Below, piece by piece: positions 61,571-64,000 of a DNA stretch of 64,000 nucleotides (the first letter of the stretch is position 1; each line of letters opens with the position of its first letter). The notes under the pieces were generated by a model. It did no database searches. It saw nothing but the letters and a program-made list of their open reading frames with translations, and had not been told where the DNA came from. This DNA comes from Mobula birostris (Eukaryota). The DNA lies in the NCBI RefSeq assembly GCF_030028105.1, contig NC_092379.1:19693309-19757308 (forward strand). Direction: 5' to 3'. Made by a program: the position numbers and the translations under genes.

Positions 61571-61875
61571 CTCCCACCCTCTCGCACAGTAATAGGTGGC
61601 CGTGTCGTCCAGTCTCAGGTTGTTCATTTGCAGATAGACGGTGCTGCTGTCCTTGGAAACAGTGAACCGGCTCTGGACTCCAGGCGCGTTGTACTTGTTA
61701 CCACCACTCGATATGTCTGCCAGCCACTCCAGCCCTTTCCCGGAGACCTGTCTCACCCAGTCCATGCTATAGCTGCCGAGGCTGAACCCACTGACCGCAC
61801 AGTCAGTCTGTGAGAATGTCCGGGCTTTACCACAAGCTGACTCGGGCTGTGTCAGCACGACGGCGGACCGCACGC
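61571..61875 (-). CDS. IgW: IgW VH exon, with fused 9-nt D-like sequence GGGTGGGAG at 61571-61579
   Basis: Translation [13 protein letters not shown]...[77 protein letters not shown]. Both canonical Cys, the conserved Trp and YYCAR are present and the frame is open. FR1 has compensating indels (see findings). Confidence 0.95.
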
Positions 61876-61984
61876 CTGTCAATAAAAAAGAGCAGAAATT
61901 AATAAAATGTTCCACGGTCAGGGGTTCACAAAGCCTCTGAGAAACAGCCGGTCCCGGTTGAGCGACAAGCGGCGGGACACCCAC

Positions 61985-62030
61985 CTGCCAGACAAGACAA
62001 GGGAAGACAGAAATAAGGCACGACCCCCAT
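61985..62030 (-). CDS. IgW: IgW VH leader exon ([16 protein letters not shown])
   Basis: 46-nt exon (15 codons + 1) from ATG at 62030, hydrophobic. Donor G|GTGGGT at 61984, then a 109-nt intron ending in TTATTGACAG at 61876. Typical Ig leader geometry. Confidence 0.9.
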
Positions 62031-62117
62031 CGCCCTGAACACTGAGCCGGACTTGGACACTTTGAGATCGGCGGCTTCAGCTCAGGCCGGCTTTGTCCGG
62101 AGTCGCAGTGAGCGCTG

Positions 62118-62206
62118 TTTAGATAGGGACGTGGGCTGTGAGTGAGAGAGGGAGCCGCGGTTTGAACAGGCTCTCACACACTGAAACCAGAGGCGCAGCT
62201 TCCTGT
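62118..62206 (-). promoter_or_regulatory. Putative VH promoter elements (TATA-like TATCTAAA, Ets-like ACAGGAAG)
   Basis: Minus strand TATCTAAA at 62118-62125, about 90 nt upstream of the leader ATG, and ACAGGAAG near 62199-62206. No ATGCAAAT octamer seen in about 250 nt upstream. Short motifs, weak support. Confidence 0.3.
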
Positions 62207-62799
62207 CCCCACCCACAGCAGCGATTTCAATTCCCCAAAAGATGTTTGTCTCTGCAACAGGCGGCAGGTCAGCGGCAGTGACCAGATCCGGATTAAAGAT
62301 CGGTCACTCTCTGTTCGATTCATCAATTTCAGCGATGAACAGTTTGTTTAAACTGAAACACACAGAATCCCAGCGAGAGAGAATGAGAGACACCAGTCAG
62401 TGGACAGATATCCCCCGGGAGACAGGGACTGAGAGACCAGTCAATGGACAGATATTCTCCTTAGAGACATAGGCTGAGACTGTCTTTGCAGGAAAATGTA
62501 TGAAGCAACAAAAAGAGTTACCACACAATCTTCTCACTGCTCCCACACCACAAGAATCAATGCTAAACAGCGATTCCTGGTGGAAATGGGTGGAATTTAC
62601 ACTTATAAGGTATTTTCTCTTTCAGGGACTTGGCACCATGAATTTCAGTGCCAAGCCCTCAGCAGTTCTCCCCACAAAATCTTTTTAACCTGTTTCAGTG
62701 TGATACTGGTTGAGGGATCAATGTCGGAACAGATAGTGGAGAACTTTCCAAACCTTTTATGTCCACCTGACACAACAACCCCACCATGGCACCAGTCAA

Positions 62800-64000
62800 A
62801 ATAGTGAAGCTTCTTTTTACCCCCAAGAGGACCACAATCTTGTCAAAGAGTATCGTGGCTTGTGTGCCTCAGTGAACCAGAGATCTATGTTGGCTTACAT
62901 CGGGGTCTTGTGCTTTAACTCTAGGTAGGGTCACCCATGCCAAACATGTTAAAGGATAGAGACTGAACAAAGAACGGTTCACCGTTCCTCCAGGTTTGGA
63001 GTTTCAGGTCAGGGTTAGTGAACCTGACTTATTATAAAGAAAATTGTAATTGTTACGAGATGCTCCCAACTGTGCCAGCTTCCAGGATTTAGACTCTCCA
63101 ACTCTCTGGAGCACAGATAGCCGGTAGCAGCCCCTTTAAGGTTCAGGATGATCCCGCTAATTGATAATCATGTTTTGGGCACCAAGAATTGAGTATGAAA
63201 GAACACCTGAACTGATGTTCAGTGCTCAATGGTAAACCCTACTAGTGATATTGTCTAGCATTCGTTTTGTGCTCAGACCTGGATCCAGTTTGATACCGTG
63301 TCTCGATCTTTGTTTCGGATACTCCAGCATTTGGGTCCAAAGCATCTTCATCAAAGACTCTTGTCGCAATTACGGAAACAGCAATGAAGAATCCTTCTAC
63401 ATCTGAGTGTGATAGTGTTCCCTAGTCACCACCCGGGACTTGCATGGCTGACAGGAGTGAAAACAGAGAGGAAACTATGGGTATGGTGAAGGGAGCCATG
63501 AACTTTGCCAAGACCAAGACCAAAAATGTTTTTTGGAATTGTCAAACCATGTACAACACTGTCAAGCTAGCACAAATAACTACGGTAATGTGTCATTACA
63601 GCCAACGTACACTGGCATCAGTGAAAGCAGATGGTCAGGGTCTGGCAGACTAAAGGCAGCAGCTGGTGCAGCAGTTTTATATTCAGGAAGGGAAGATGGT
63701 CAACGTCATGATGGATTAGCTGTCATTTTGAAGAAAGGCATTGAGAAGTGCCCAGTGGAATGAAAACCAATCAACAGTCGGCTGGTGAGAGTCAGGCTGA
63801 GAGTGAAGCAAGTGAACATGACTGTGATCCAGTGTTATGCTCCAAATAACAATAGTGACATTGAAGAATAGGATATCTTCTACAAATGGTGGAGTTAGAG
63901 TTAACACCACGCCGTGACATAATCATCATCATTGGAGATCTAAATGGCAAAGTGGGAAATAACAACTCACACTTCATTAGGGCCATGGATACGCAAGGAT
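62800..64000 (+). mobile_element. RTE-clade LINE 5' UTR and endonuclease, degenerate, runs off the window
   Basis: FWNCQTM, GISESRWSGSG, VLYSG, SRLVRVRL...VIQCYAPN, IIIGDLNGKVG. Confidence 0.82.
63051..63368 (+). mobile_element. Isolated LTR of the sushi-like Gypsy family, within the RTE 5' UTR
   Basis: TGTTACGAG...CTTGTCGCA; aligns with the reverse complement of 26455-26742. No clear TSD seen. Confidence 0.72.

Larger units (their letters stand above)
13373..62030 (-). other. IgW: Immunoglobulin heavy-chain minilocus, IgW (omega) class; probably partly pseudogenised
   Basis: Colinear minus-strand exons: leader, VH, CH1, CH2, short Cys-rich tail, CH3-CH6 with tailpiece KPTLVNVSLILTDSFKSCV, CH3'/CH4', TM. 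All C-domain exons have AG/GT sites and symmetric phase 1. The six-domain long form plus an interspersed Cys-rich tail after CH2 is the known elasmobranch IgW layout, not IgM (4 C) or IgNAR (5 C, no CH1). Confidence 0.93.

Noticed and set aside
1-64000. The remaining 60-180 aa ORFs in the supplied track as host genes
   Set aside because: They are fragments or antisense/alternate frames of retroelements and Ig exons, or low-complexity sequence, with no independent gene structure.

Overview
This is eukaryotic, repeat-rich DNA from a cartilaginous fish, inferred from the IgW exon set and the shark/ray-type CR1, SINE and Penelope repeats. The main structure is one immunoglobulin heavy-chain minilocus of the IgW (omega) class on the minus strand, spanning about 48.7 kb (62030 down to about 13373). 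Its order is leader, VH fused to a 9-nt D-like stretch with a 12-bp-spacer RSS, no canonical JH found by eye, CH1, CH2, a Cys-rich short secretory exon, CH3, CH4, CH5, CH6 with tailpiece, a second diverged CH3'/CH4' pair, TM1, and a candidate TM2 20.8 kb further on. The front of the locus is damaged or unusual. VH FR1 has compensating +1/-1 indels, and CH1 is broken by a 274-bp tRNA-SINE (8-bp TSD) plus a TGG>TAG stop. CH2 has gained a triplicated 27-bp Pro/Thr-rich N-terminal extension. CH2-CH6, both secretory tails, CH3' and TM1 are intact, and CH4' has a +1 in a C-run. The rest is nested transposons: many CR1 LINEs, Rex1/Babar, Nimb/I-like, RTE, Penelope-like, Gmr1-like and chromodomain Ty3/Gypsy elements, a CAC-terminated DNA transposon and SINEs. 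There is also a 7 x 43-bp G-rich minisatellite. Exon boundaries were read by hand at splice sites. Most TE boundaries are approximate (tens of bp), and family names come from recalled motifs, not database searches.
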